NCBI RefSeq assembly: GCF_000179635.2
Contig: NC_014833.1
Location: 3,480,001-3,512,000 of the forward strand
Direction of reading: 5' to 3'
Length of the DNA stretch: 32,000 bases
DNA from: Ruminococcus albus 7 = DSM 20455
GTDB lineage: Bacteria; Bacillota; Clostridia; Oscillospirales; Ruminococcaceae
Shown here piece after piece: positions 1 through 9,152 of the stretch (positions are counted from its first letter, which is position 1; each line of letters begins with the position of its first letter). Made by a program: the position numbers and the translations under genes. The notes beneath the pieces are model-generated. The model was given only the letters and a program-made list of their open reading frames with translations. It searched no databases and was not told the origin of the DNA.

Positions 1-168
1 GAAATTCGTGTTGGCAAGAACGAAACTCTGGATACCGCTCTTAAGCGCTTTAAGAGATCATGCGCAAGAGATGGCGTTATCGCTGAGGTCCGTAAGAGAG
101 AACACTACGAAAAGCCTTCGGTAAAGCGTAAGAAGAAGTCCGAAGCTGCTCGTAAGCGCAAGTATTGA
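1..168 (+). CDS. rpsU: 30S ribosomal protein S21, 3' part (5' end lies outside the window)
   Basis: Frame 1 reads [55 protein letters not shown] then TGA at 166-168. This is the typical S21 sequence with its basic tail. Confidence 0.9.
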   Translation, partial: EIRVGKNETLDTALKRFKRSCARDGVIAEVRKREHYEKPSVKRKKKSEAARKRKY

Positions 169-178
169 TATGACATCG

Positions 179-209
179 GGAAGCGGATACATTTGTGTCC
201 GCTTTTTTG
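179..209 (+). terminator. Intrinsic terminator after rpsU
   Basis: Stem AAGCGGA (181-187) pairs with TCCGCTT (198-204) and is followed by a T-run. Confidence 0.7.
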
Positions 210-290
210 CTGTTCAAAAATAAACGGGACTTGAAATACAGGGATGTATATGATATAATAGTTTATACCATTGATTGCGGAGGAAATGAA

Positions 291-1451
291 ATGCGCATAA
301 AAAATGTCAGGATATATACGATGAATGACAATGACCACGTGATAGAGAACGGTTTTGTTACTGTTGAAAACGGCATCATCACAGCGGTCGGGGAAGGCTG
401 CCCCACACAGGGTGACGAAAATGATATCGACGGCATGGGCATGACCCTTTACCCCGGGTTCATAGATGCACATACCCACATGGGTCTGACCTCGGCAGGC
501 GTGGGCATCGAGGGTGAAGACCTCAATGAGGAATTCGACCCCTGCACACCTCAGCTGCGCATCATCGACGGCATAAACCCTATAGACTACAGCTTTGAGA
601 TGGCAAGGCAGACAGGCATAACAACTGTGATAGTATCCCCGGGTTCTACAAATCCCATAGCAGGCAGCATAGCCGCTGTAAAAACAGCAGGCAAGCGCAT
701 AGACAAAATGGTAATAAGAACTGTGGGCATGAAATTTGCACTGGGCGAAAATCCAAAGCTTACTTATATGGATCACGAGCAGTCACCTGCTACCAGAATG
801 GCTGTGGCAAGCATAATAAGAGATAATCTGCACAAAGCTCAGAGATATATGAGGGACATAGAACAGGCTGAAACAGAAAGCGACCTGCCCGACTATGACA
901 GTTCAATGGAAGCACTGCTCCCCCTTCTCAGGCGTGAGATAAAGGCACATTTCCATTGTCACCGCGCTGATGATATATTCACCGCAGTGAGGATAGCAAA
1001 TGAGTTCGACCTGGACTATACACTTATACACTGCACCTCGGGTCATCTCATCGCTGACGAGCTGGCAGACGAACACGCAAGCTGTGTTGTAGGGCCTGTT
1101 ATATGCGACAGATGCAAGCCCGAAATGGCAGAACTTTCTCCCGCCAATGCCGCTGTGCTCAAAGCTAACGGTCTGGATGTTGCCGTATGCACCGACCATT
1201 CAGAGGTACCGATAGAGTATCTGCCAATATCCGTGGGGATATGCATAAAACACGGACTGAGCTTCTATGACGGAGTAAAAGCTGTCACCTGCACCCCTGC
1301 AAAGATAGCAAATATCTTTGACAGAACAGGTTCCATAGAAGAAGGCAAGGATGCCGACCTTGTGCTTTTCGGTGATGACCCCTTTGAGGTCATGAGCTCA
1401 CCTGCACTTGTAATGATAGGCGGAAAGATAGTCAGGAGGGATAAGGTCTGA
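291..1451 (+). CDS. Metal-dependent amidohydrolase family protein
   Basis: The ORF-track frame 195..1451 is trimmed to the ATG at 291, preceded by GGAGGAAATGAA. It carries the FIDAHTHMG metal-binding motif near the N-terminus and a C-terminal GKDADLVLF motif, both typical of amidohydrolases. Confidence 0.85.
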   Translation: MRIKNVRIYTMNDNDHVIENGFVTVENGIITAVGEGCPTQGDENDIDGMGMTLYPGFIDAHTHMGLTSAGVGIEGEDLNEEFDPCTPQLRIIDGINPIDYSFEMARQTGITTVIVSPGSTNPIAGSIAAVKTAGKRIDKMVIRTVGMKFALGENPKLTYMDHEQSPATRMAVASIIRDNLHKAQRYMRDIEQAETESDLPDYDSSMEALLPLLRREIKAHFHCHRADDIFTAVRIANEFDLDYTLIHCTSGHLIADELADEHASCVVGPVICDRCKPEMAELSPANAAVLKANGLDVAVCTDHSEVPIEYLPISVGICIKHGLSFYDGVKAVTCTPAKIANIFDRTGSIEEGKDADLVLFGDDPFEVMSSPALVMIGGKIVRRDKV

Positions 1452-2293
1452 TGGGCAAGCTATACGTTGTGGGCACCCCCATAGGCAACCTTGGGGATAT
1501 GACATACCGCGCCATCGAAACACTTAAGAATGTTGATTTTATATGCGCTGAGGATACCCGTGTAACACTTAAACTGTTAAATCACTTTGAGATAAAAAAA
1601 CAGCTGATATGCTATCAGGAGCATAATGCCGCAAAGGCAGGCGAGCAGATACTCGCAAGGCTGACAGGCAGCGAGGATGCGGCTATCGTCACCGATGCGG
1701 GTATGCCGTGTATATCTGACCCGGGCGAGAAACTGGTCAAGCTTTGCGCTGAAAACGGCATAAAAGTCGAGGTAGTACCGGGACCGTCGGCAGTAATATC
1801 AGCACTGGCAATAAGCGGACTGAATACATCAAGGTTCAGGTTCGAGGGATTTCTCTCGGTTAACAAGCGGCAGAGGTATGACCACCTGGCACAGGTGCGT
1901 GATGCCGAAGAAACGCTGATATTCTATGAAGCACCCCATAAGCTGCACAAGACCCTGAGAGATATGCTGGACTATTTCGGTGACAGACGTATATCCCTGT
2001 GCAGGGAGCTTACCAAGCTGCATGAGGAAGTGATACGCACCACACTGTCGCAGGCGCTGGAGATGTACCCCGACAATAAGTCGGCAAAGGGTGAGTTCGT
2101 GCTTGTTATTGAAGGCGCTGCCCCCGAAGCTGCCGAAACCGCTGATACCATAGAACAGGCTTACGAACAGGTCAGGGCTCTGGTAGAAAAGGGTGTGCGC
2201 GGAACAGATGCCTGCCGTGAGATAGCAAAGTCAACAGGATTCCCGAAAGGTGAGCTTTACGCTATGCTGGTGGAGGAAAACTCCCGCAAATAA
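1451..2293 (+). CDS. rsmI: 16S rRNA (cytidine1402-2'-O)-methyltransferase
   Basis: The N-terminus MGKLYVVGTPIGNLGDMTYRAIETLKNVDFICAEDTRVT is the RsmI/tetrapyrrole-methylase-fold signature. The start overlaps the upstream stop by 1 nt (TGATG). Confidence 0.9.
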   Translation: MGKLYVVGTPIGNLGDMTYRAIETLKNVDFICAEDTRVTLKLLNHFEIKKQLICYQEHNAAKAGEQILARLTGSEDAAIVTDAGMPCISDPGEKLVKLCAENGIKVEVVPGPSAVISALAISGLNTSRFRFEGFLSVNKRQRYDHLAQVRDAEETLIFYEAPHKLHKTLRDMLDYFGDRRISLCRELTKLHEEVIRTTLSQALEMYPDNKSAKGEFVLVIEGAAPEAAETADTIEQAYEQVRALVEKGVRGTDACREIAKSTGFPKGELYAMLVEENSRK

Positions 2294-2316
2294 AAAACTA
2301 CCACGGGGGGAAGTTT

Positions 2317-3462
2317 ATGAAATATAAGATAACTGCTCTTGCAGCAGCTGCGGTCATCGCCATATCATCTGCTGCAGGCAGTATACTGACAGCCTCAGCT
2401 GCGGGGATACGCGCCACACAGGACAGCAGCGACTTCCTGACAGATTGCAGCAGCCGAGCAGGATATGATTATCTGGGGACTATGAAAAACGGCAAAGCCC
2501 TGCAGCGTGCCTACGATAAAATGTGTGATGCCGCAGAGAAGCTTTGGAACGATACCGACAGAACGATAAGCAATTTACAGAATTACTATTACTACGCTGC
2601 TATACCGTATGACGGACTGACCTATGATGAAATGGGTATAGTCTATGTCACGTTCAAGAACGACTTCCCTCTTTATTACTTTGCCGAAGGGCTTATGGTA
2701 GGTGATGCGAAAAACTTTTATATGGTAACCGATATCAGCTATATAAAAGGCAGCGCAAGGGCAAAGGCACAGCAGGATATCAGGGAGTACATAACAAGCA
2801 CAGCCAAAAAAGCAGAGAGTGCTGAGTCTGTTTACGAAAAAGCCCTGATAATACATAACGCCATAAATAATGATCTTGAATATGCTTATGACAGCGAAGG
2901 CGCTGCTTCGGGTGAACCATGGGCACATAACATACTCGGGGCTTGCTGTAACGGCAAGGGCGTATGCGAATGCTACGCAAGAACATTTCAGGCAGTAATG
3001 AACTATCTTGACATAGATAACTATTTCGTATCAGGCATGACTGATCAAGGAGATCACGCCTGGAATGCGGTCAGGATGGATGACGGGAAATGCTATTATG
3101 TAGACTGCACCTGGGACGATGTATCAGGAAGGAACATATACTTTGCCAAGGGCAAAAGGACCATGAGCGCCGATCACAAGGTGGACGTGCCATGTGATGA
3201 TCCTTTGCGTTTCTTCATCAAACTGCCCGACATATCCTATACCGATCTGGATCCACAGACAATACTCAGAGAGAGAGAAACCGGAGACATAAACGGCGAT
3301 GAAACCGTAAATGTTACTGATATATCAATCATCGCTGCACACATAAAAAGTGTCAGACCCTTGTACGGCATAAACCTGAAATATGCTGACATAACCGGTG
3401 ACGGCAAAGTGAATATATCAGATCTTTCAAAACTCGCAGCAAAAGTAAAAGGCAAATCATAA
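2317..3462 (+). CDS. Secreted transglutaminase-like (Cys-His-Asp papain-fold) protein with a C-terminal type-I dockerin
   Basis: It has a signal peptide (MKYKITALAAAAVIAISSAAGS). The core motifs are GVCECYARTF, DHAWNAV and DCTWDD. The dockerin duplicated Ca-binding segments are DINGDETVNVTD and DITGDGKVNISD (nt about 3283-3459). An RBS GGGGGAAG lies upstream. Confidence 0.8.
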   Translation: MKYKITALAAAAVIAISSAAGSILTASAAGIRATQDSSDFLTDCSSRAGYDYLGTMKNGKALQRAYDKMCDAAEKLWNDTDRTISNLQNYYYYAAIPYDGLTYDEMGIVYVTFKNDFPLYYFAEGLMVGDAKNFYMVTDISYIKGSARAKAQQDIREYITSTAKKAESAESVYEKALIIHNAINNDLEYAYDSEGAASGEPWAHNILGACCNGKGVCECYARTFQAVMNYLDIDNYFVSGMTDQGDHAWNAVRMDDGKCYYVDCTWDDVSGRNIYFAKGKRTMSADHKVDVPCDDPLRFFIKLPDISYTDLDPQTILRERETGDINGDETVNVTDISIIAAHIKSVRPLYGINLKYADITGDGKVNISDLSKLAAKVKGKS

Positions 3463-3486
3463 ACAAAACAGAACAGGAGAACACAA

Positions 3487-4533
3487 ATGAAAAGAAACGG
3501 AACGATAGCTGTACTCGCAGCAGCACTGATACTGGCAGGCTGTTCGGGAACGGCTCAGAACAATGAGAGCAAGTCCGAGACAGAAACCACTGCCGATACT
3601 TCCTTTGCAGTGACCACTACCACCACGGAAAATACCGAGCCGCCCGCAGAGGAAACCACATCCGACGAGGAAGAGGTATCCGAAGAAGTGCTTTACGATT
3701 GGACACCCATATCACAGGCTTACCTTGCAGGTGATCCCTCAGGGCTTGACGAGATACAGACCGAGATATACACTAAGGCTTCCGAGGTCATAGACAAAAT
3801 TATAACCGATGGTATGAGCGACTACGACAAGGAGCTGGCGATTCACGACTATATCATACAGAATGTTGAATACGATATAGGTATGCTTGGGATATTTGAA
3901 GACCACGGTGAACACGCAGGTGACCCTTACGGTGCTCTCGTTGACGGAAAATGTATATGCAGCGGCTATACCACCACTTTCAATATGTTCATGGATATGC
4001 TGGGCATACCATGCACCTCCACCATGGCGGCGGCTGACGGCGATGAGCCCCATGCCTGGAACATGGTACAGATAGACGGTCACTGGTACTATACGGACGT
4101 CACCTGGGATGACCCTGTCCCTGATATAAAGGGCAGACCCGAGCATCACAAGTATTTCAACACCTCAAAGGAGGTAATGGCAAGCCGCCACGTATGGGAC
4201 AGCAGCAGCGATCCTGTATGTGATACCGACAAGGACAGCTATGCGGCGCACGAGCTTGTTACGGTAAGTTCCACAGATGACATAGTAAATGCCCTGAAAG
4301 CTGCTGTAGAGAAGCGCTCCGCAAATGTATACTTTATACCTGAAGATCCCGAGGGCTGGAGCCTTGAAGAAACTGACGCGGTCGATACTTACCTCACCGC
4401 AGGAGTTATAGGCGGAAAAACGCTGAAGATCGCCCAGAGAGATTTCAAAAACGCCAAAGGCTCCTGCTTCATACAGTGGCAGCGCATGAAGATAGGCGAC
4501 AAGATAGCTGTTTCGGGAACCATACTGCTTTGA
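3487..4533 (+). CDS. Lipoprotein with a transglutaminase-like core domain, paralog of 2317..3462
   Basis: It has a lipobox LAGC|SG and a T/E-rich linker. The core motifs are CICSGYTTTF, PHAWNMV and DVTWDD. An RBS AGGAGAA lies upstream. Confidence 0.8.
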   Translation: MKRNGTIAVLAAALILAGCSGTAQNNESKSETETTADTSFAVTTTTTENTEPPAEETTSDEEEVSEEVLYDWTPISQAYLAGDPSGLDEIQTEIYTKASEVIDKIITDGMSDYDKELAIHDYIIQNVEYDIGMLGIFEDHGEHAGDPYGALVDGKCICSGYTTTFNMFMDMLGIPCTSTMAAADGDEPHAWNMVQIDGHWYYTDVTWDDPVPDIKGRPEHHKYFNTSKEVMASRHVWDSSSDPVCDTDKDSYAAHELVTVSSTDDIVNALKAAVEKRSANVYFIPEDPEGWSLEETDAVDTYLTAGVIGGKTLKIAQRDFKNAKGSCFIQWQRMKIGDKIAVSGTILL

Positions 4534-4550
4534 TAACCAAATGATCGCAC

Positions 4551-4586
4551 AAAAAAATGCCCGTGAACTTCACACGGGCATTTTTG
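4551..4586. terminator. Bidirectional intrinsic terminator between convergent genes
   Basis: The sequence AAAAAAATGCCCGTG-aacttca-CACGGGCATTTTT has an A-run and a T-run flanking a GC-rich stem. Confidence 0.75.
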
Positions 4587-4601
4587 CTGTCTGGTAAAAA
4601 G

Positions 4602-4793
4602 TCAGTTTTCCTCAGTTGAATTTGCGACCTTGATCGAGATAACGTGAGAAAGGTTGAGGTATATAGACTCCGTACCTTTTTCAACAACTATCCAATCGTT
4701 AGAGATATCTCTGAGCACGTAGTTACGATACTCACCGTCAGCGGTAGCAAAATTGCACTTAACTCCTATCAGTTCTCTGAAAAAATCACTCAT
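4602..4793 (-). CDS. Small hypothetical protein (63 aa)
   Basis: A good RBS (GGAGG, 8-nt spacer, ATG) precedes it. It follows the yqeG-like gene in the same orientation and ends at the shared terminator. I do not recognise a family. Confidence 0.6.
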   Translation of the reverse strand: MSDFFRELIGVKCNFATADGEYRNYVLRDISNDWIVVEKGTESIYLNLSHVISIKVANSTEEN

Positions 4794-4835
4794 GTTACAT
4801 ACCTCCGTTTATTTATTCGGTCATGTGACCGTAAA

Positions 4836-5324
4836 TTACTTGTCAAGTTTTGGCAGAAATGGTTTCTCGCAAGCCCTTTTGAACCTGAAAGGCAGGCTTT
4901 CCTCCGGCTTTATCGGGAACACGAACAGCGACCTTATACCTTTAAGGTTAGAACCCAGTATATCGGTGAATATCTGATCACCTACAGCCGCTACCTCACG
5001 TTTTTCAAGCCCCATACGCTTTATGGCTTTAGTATAACCGATAGTCAGCGGTTTTGCACCCTCACACACGAAGTCTATCTTCAGCTGCTCCGCAAAAGGC
5101 GATACACGCGGAGCGTGGTTGTTAGATACTATCATAAGCCTTATGCCGTTTTGCTTCATAAGCTCTATCCAGTCAAGACTGGACTGCGGCACTATCGGGT
5201 TATTGTGAGTAGTCAGCGTATTATCAAGGTCAAGAAGCAGACCTTTTATATTCTTCTTTTTAAGGAAATCAGGAGTGATATCCTTTACCTTATCAAATAC
5301 ATATGTAGGTTTGAAAAAAAACAA
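4836..5324 (-). CDS. yqeG: YqeG-family HAD-IIIA phosphatase
   Basis: It carries the HAD motif I LLLDLDNTLT, a later VSNN motif and a C-terminal GDQIFTDILG motif. Its length of 162 aa is typical of YqeG. Confidence 0.85.
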   Translation of the reverse strand: MFFFKPTYVFDKVKDITPDFLKKKNIKGLLLDLDNTLTTHNNPIVPQSSLDWIELMKQNGIRLMIVSNNHAPRVSPFAEQLKIDFVCEGAKPLTIGYTKAIKRMGLEKREVAAVGDQIFTDILGSNLKGIRSLFVFPIKPEESLPFRFKRACEKPFLPKLDK

Positions 5325-5424
5325 AATACATTCTCCTAAAAAATCTTTTTATAATAATATCATTATAGCACATTATCATCCAATTGTAAAGATACCGTGA
5401 AATAATTTATCACAGATCATGCTG

Positions 5425-5988
5425 TCAGCCCTCGGCAAACTCTGCTGCAAGTGCAAAAACAAAGGTCATCAGCAGACTTATACTGATGCTGCCGTTTATA
5501 CCCATAAGCACTATCAGCATAGCCGTAAGCAATATGAACGTACACCTGACAGCCCTGAGTCCCCTGCCATCTGTCAGCAGTTCCAGGGCTCTGCCGCCGT
5601 CAAAATGTCTGAACGGCAAAAGATTGAAGGCTCCCAGCAGCAGATTTATCTGAACGAATAAACTCATGCCATCCAGCACAAGCCCTGTTAGCGCCAGCAA
5701 AAAATTCATACCGCACCCTGCCAGAAGTACTGTAAGATCTTTCCCGAGGCTGTCTATCCTGCCGGCCTGCGGAGTTATGCGTATCCCACCGCCGTAAAGT
5801 GTCACCGCCTGCGGTCTGTTACCGAATATAATCATAAAAAGCAAATGTCCGCACTCATGCAGGAAGCAGCAGATAAGTGCTGTCAGCATACTTCTGCTGT
5901 CGCAGCCTGTCAGCAGCACCAAAGCCAGCACCGCAGGAAAGCTGAAGCTTATCCCCAGCTGTACACCGCCCACATTTATACGGAACAT
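5425..5988 (-). CDS. Site-2 (M50) family membrane metalloprotease-like protein
   Basis: It is polytopic and hydrophobic, with an HExxH motif inside a TM segment (FLHECGHLLF) and a later NLLPFRHFDGG motif characteristic of M50. Confidence 0.75.
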   Translation of the reverse strand: MFRINVGGVQLGISFSFPAVLALVLLTGCDSRSMLTALICCFLHECGHLLFMIIFGNRPQAVTLYGGGIRITPQAGRIDSLGKDLTVLLAGCGMNFLLALTGLVLDGMSLFVQINLLLGAFNLLPFRHFDGGRALELLTDGRGLRAVRCTFILLTAMLIVLMGINGSISISLLMTFVFALAAEFAEG

Positions 5989-6026
5989 TTTTCATCACCC
6001 TTTAGTATGATATTCGGGTGACACTG

Positions 6027-7010
6027 TTATAATGATCTTTTTCTTATACTGATCTCACCGCTGGATATGGTGTCCTCTCTGCCGTCCTCATATCTCACCA
6101 TAAGCCGACATCTTTCGTCAGTATCTATCAGCTTTGCAGGAACGATATCATCTCCGCGAATGATATTTATATCCTCGCCCCGCCACAAAAGCCTGCTGCG
6201 GTATCCGGGCAGGAAGCTGTTCTCGGAAAGCTCTCGGTAATACCGCATGAAGCCCTCCAGCACCAGTGCCGCCAGACGGTTGCGTGCATCCTCAGCGGGA
6301 GCATCCAGCACTGCACCTGCGATATCCCTTATCTCCTCGGGAAAACCGCCATCGGGCTCATATACATTTATGCCTATACCGCATACAGCATAGTCCAAAC
6401 CGCCGTTTTCAAGGCTGAACGAAGCTTCTGTCAGTATGCCGCATATCTTCCTGCCGTCTGTATAAACATCGTTGACCCACTTGATGTCTGTCATCCTCCC
6501 GCTTATTTTTTCTGCAGCTTCTGCCACAGCAACAGCGGCTGCAGTAGTTATGCGCACAGCATCTGCAGCTGTCATCTCGGGTCTCAGAAGTATGCTCATG
6601 TAAAGACCTGTATCTGAGGGCGAGAAAAACTTTCTCCCCAGTCTGCCCTTGCCGCCTGTCTGCATCCCCGCAATGACCACAGTGCCTTCGGGCGCACCCT
6701 GTACAGCCAGTTCACGCAGTCGTATATTGGTGGAATCCGTTTCCTTATATACAGTAAGACTGACACCGCAGCTGTGGGAAAGATACTTTTCAACACCTGC
6801 CGCAGAAAGCATATCTGCACTGTCAAGGCGATAGCCTTTTTTTGTCACAGCAGATATCTTATAACCCTCTTCACGAAGGTTGGTAACAGCCTTCCACACC
6901 GCGCCGCGTGTACAGCCCAGACTTTCAGCTATCTCCTCACCTGAAAGGTATCTGCCCCTGTTTTTCTCAAACAGTTTTATCAGTTCCTCTTTTACAGCCA
7001 AACAGCTCAC
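6027..7010 (-). CDS. birA: Bifunctional biotin-[acetyl-CoA-carboxylase] ligase and biotin operon repressor
   Basis: It has an N-terminal winged HTH (YLSGEEIAESLGCTRGAVWKAVTNLREEGY) and the GGKGRLGRKFFSP biotin/ATP loop. The GTG start overlaps the upstream stop (GTGA). Confidence 0.9.
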   Translation of the reverse strand: MSCLAVKEELIKLFEKNRGRYLSGEEIAESLGCTRGAVWKAVTNLREEGYKISAVTKKGYRLDSADMLSAAGVEKYLSHSCGVSLTVYKETDSTNIRLRELAVQGAPEGTVVIAGMQTGGKGRLGRKFFSPSDTGLYMSILLRPEMTAADAVRITTAAAVAVAEAAEKISGRMTDIKWVNDVYTDGRKICGILTEASFSLENGGLDYAVCGIGINVYEPDGGFPEEIRDIAGAVLDAPAEDARNRLAALVLEGFMRYYRELSENSFLPGYRSRLLWRGEDINIIRGDDIVPAKLIDTDERCRLMVRYEDGREDTISSGEISIRKRSL

Positions 7011-8338
7011 TCCTTCCGAAGTACATTAAGGTCTACTGCTCCGTTTATGCCGTTAATACGGCCTGTGCCGCAGCGCTGCCAGATATACCAGTCGCCCTCG
7101 TAGGTAGTTTCTTCCACATAATGTGCCACCCATACCGGTCTGTTGTTCTTGTTTTCCCAGAACAGTTCAAGGAAGTTCTTGCTGCTGTAAAGCATAGCTT
7201 CGTAGCCGCTTTTTTCCAGTTCGTCCGCAAAGGCTTCATACACCTCGGAAAGATCATGGATATTCATACCGTACCGCTGGAAACTCTGGAATTCCTCCCA
7301 GTCAAAAGCTATAGGGAAATCAAGCTTTCTGCCGTCGAGAGTATCGACTATCTTCTTCGCGGTAGCCCTTGCGCCGTCGGCAGTAGTATCGGTAGAATAG
7401 AAATATACCCCGACCTTCAGCCCTGCTGCAGATGCCCCCGACATATTCGCATAATAGTATTCATCAAGATCGGTGCCGCCCGATTCGCCGTATCCCATAC
7501 GCATTATAACGAACCTGCAGCCTGCATCGGACACTGCATTATAGTCGATATCCCCCTGCCAGCGTGATACATCTATGCCGAACTCTCTGCCGTTTCCGCT
7601 GTATGTCTGCATGAAGTCACCGAAATCTATAGTGCTGTCATCGTAATACGGGTCATAGGCTGAACCGCCAACATTGACATTAAGGTACTTCGTCAGCCTG
7701 TTGCCGTTTGCATCATCTATATACAGCGTAAGCGGATAACTGCCCTCTGCGGAGGTATCAACATCGCCTTCGACTGTAAGCGATGGGGTGCGATCGAAGT
7801 TATCGGCATAGCTTATATAGCTGTCTATATCGAAATAGTCACCGACGTCCAGATAGATATCGTCCCCCAGAAGCATCACGGGCGGTGTGGTATCAACTAC
7901 GGTATATTTTACCTTCTTTTCAGCCTCAGCACCATCAAGCTCCATTTTCAGGGTGACTTCATGTTCACCGAGTTCGTTGGTATTCAGAAGTTCATCGCCG
8001 TTTTTGAGCTTTGCGTTGCTGTCGAACACAAAGTCTTTCAGCTTTACCTGCTGGTAGACCTCCACCGTATCCATGCACCCGACGTTTATCTTATCCGGGT
8101 CTGCTTTTTTCTTTTTTGCAGAGGTCGTGGTCTCGGGCTTGCTCTCGTCCTTTTTGGGGACAGTCGTTTCGGCAGGTTTTTCCTTATTCTCTACAACTAT
8201 CTTGTCTGCGCTGTCCTCATCAGCGGTGGTCTGGGTATCGGTTGTCACTGCTGATTTATCGTTATCCTTGGATTCAATATCCGCACCGCAGGCTGAAAGC
8301 ATCAGTGCCGCGGCTGCTATGGCTAAAGCTTTCCTCAT
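7007..8338 (-). CDS. Lipoprotein with a C-terminal GH25 muramidase (lysozyme) domain
   Basis: It has a lipobox LSAC|GA and a low-complexity K/E/T linker. The GH25 signature is GIDVSRWQGDIDYNAV...RFVIMRMGYG...GVYFYS. Confidence 0.85.
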   Translation of the reverse strand: MRKALAIAAAALMLSACGADIESKDNDKSAVTTDTQTTADEDSADKIVVENKEKPAETTVPKKDESKPETTTSAKKKKADPDKINVGCMDTVEVYQQVKLKDFVFDSNAKLKNGDELLNTNELGEHEVTLKMELDGAEAEKKVKYTVVDTTPPVMLLGDDIYLDVGDYFDIDSYISYADNFDRTPSLTVEGDVDTSAEGSYPLTLYIDDANGNRLTKYLNVNVGGSAYDPYYDDSTIDFGDFMQTYSGNGREFGIDVSRWQGDIDYNAVSDAGCRFVIMRMGYGESGGTDLDEYYYANMSGASAAGLKVGVYFYSTDTTADGARATAKKIVDTLDGRKLDFPIAFDWEEFQSFQRYGMNIHDLSEVYEAFADELEKSGYEAMLYSSKNFLELFWENKNNRPVWVAHYVEETTYEGDWYIWQRCGTGRINGINGAVDLNVLRKE

Positions 8339-8766
8339 TCGCCCTTATCCTCCAGCGCTTCCAGCAGGTTCTCGTACAGTTCGGGATACTTTTTCTGCAT
8401 ACGTATGGGACGCAGGTCTGTACCGGTGAAGCAGTGCTCGGTAACAGCGGTAAGTGCCAGCTGACCTGTTGTCAGGTTGTTGACCTCGTATTCCAGCTTG
8501 AATCTGCAGCCGTTGAAGCTGAGAAGTCTGCATACTACTTCAAATTCGTCCCCGAATCTGACAGGATACTTATACTCACATGAAACGCTAAGCACCGGAG
8601 ATACTATGCCCTGCTTTTCGGTGAACTCAAAGGGACAGCCTGCCTGTTCCATCAGGTCTATCCTTGCTTCCTCCAGCCAGCGTACATAGTTGGAATGGTG
8701 TACGATATCCATTCTGTCTGTTTCATAATAATATGCCTTGCGGCGGTAAGGTTTATATTCTTTCAT
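8335..8766 (-). CDS. Acyl-CoA thioesterase, YbgC/4HBT hotdog fold
   Basis: The N-terminus reads YYYETDRMDIVHHSNYVRWLEEAR, with the catalytic Asp context of the 4HBT family. It is 143 aa and has a 4-nt overlap with the downstream gene. Confidence 0.85.
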   Translation of the reverse strand: MKEYKPYRRKAYYYETDRMDIVHHSNYVRWLEEARIDLMEQAGCPFEFTEKQGIVSPVLSVSCEYKYPVRFGDEFEVVCRLLSFNGCRFKLEYEVNNLTTGQLALTAVTEHCFTGTDLRPIRMQKKYPELYENLLEALEDKGE

Positions 8767-8799
8767 TTTTATGTTCCTTCTTTCTGTTGAGTGCCGTTT

Positions 8800-9140
8800 G
8801 TTTGGACGTTCTTTTTGACGTACTGCGGGGGTGTCGCCCCTCTCTACGTTCGGGTCGAGTCGTCAAAGGCGCTGTCGCTGTTTGACGACGAGCGCGGGCA
8901 ATATTTACGCACTTAGTTTGTGCGGGTGTCAAAGATTTGCTTACGCTCGGGATTTTGGTATTGCCCGCGCCGTATGGTCGGGAGATAGTCTGCTATTGCT
9001 TGATTGTTGCCGCGTCGCTTTTGTGCCTTGACCGAGAGGCTCTGCCTCTCGAGCTCTCCGCAAGCCTTTCGCGAAAGGCTTGACCCAAAGCTCTTCTCCT
9101 TGGCATTCTATCCTAAGTACAGCAACGTTATCTCCCTGCC
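8800..9140 (-). ncRNA. Candidate structured RNA element of unknown class, in the intergenic region between the hisA-like gene and the thioesterase gene
   Basis: The 386-nt gap has no credible ORF and is visibly more GC-rich than its flanks. It contains nested long-range helices and several 8-12 bp hairpins (see finding). The G.U pairs exist only in the minus-strand reading. Confidence 0.35.
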
Positions 9141-9152
9141 AACAATTATGAA

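Noticed and set aside
195-290. Longer N-termini offered by the ORF track for several genes: 195 for the amidohydrolase, 12229 for the small membrane protein, 14832 for icd, 21601 for nadB, 29141 for the P-loop protein and 30973 for the APH-like protein
   Set aside because: In each case the extension overlaps a terminator or a promoter. An internal start with a good Shine-Dalgarno sequence also gives the family-typical N-terminus.
8800-9140. RNase P RNA, tmRNA, SRP RNA, a T-box or a known riboswitch in the GC-rich intergenic element
   Set aside because: I could not find the diagnostic motifs I remember on either strand: GGAAAGTCC for RNase P, GGTTCGA..TCC..CCACCA for tmRNA, GGAAGGAAGCAG for SRP, GGTGGTACCGCG for the T-box, or GCCACTG for the B12 box. 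This rejection rests on memory of consensus sequences, not on a covariance-model search.
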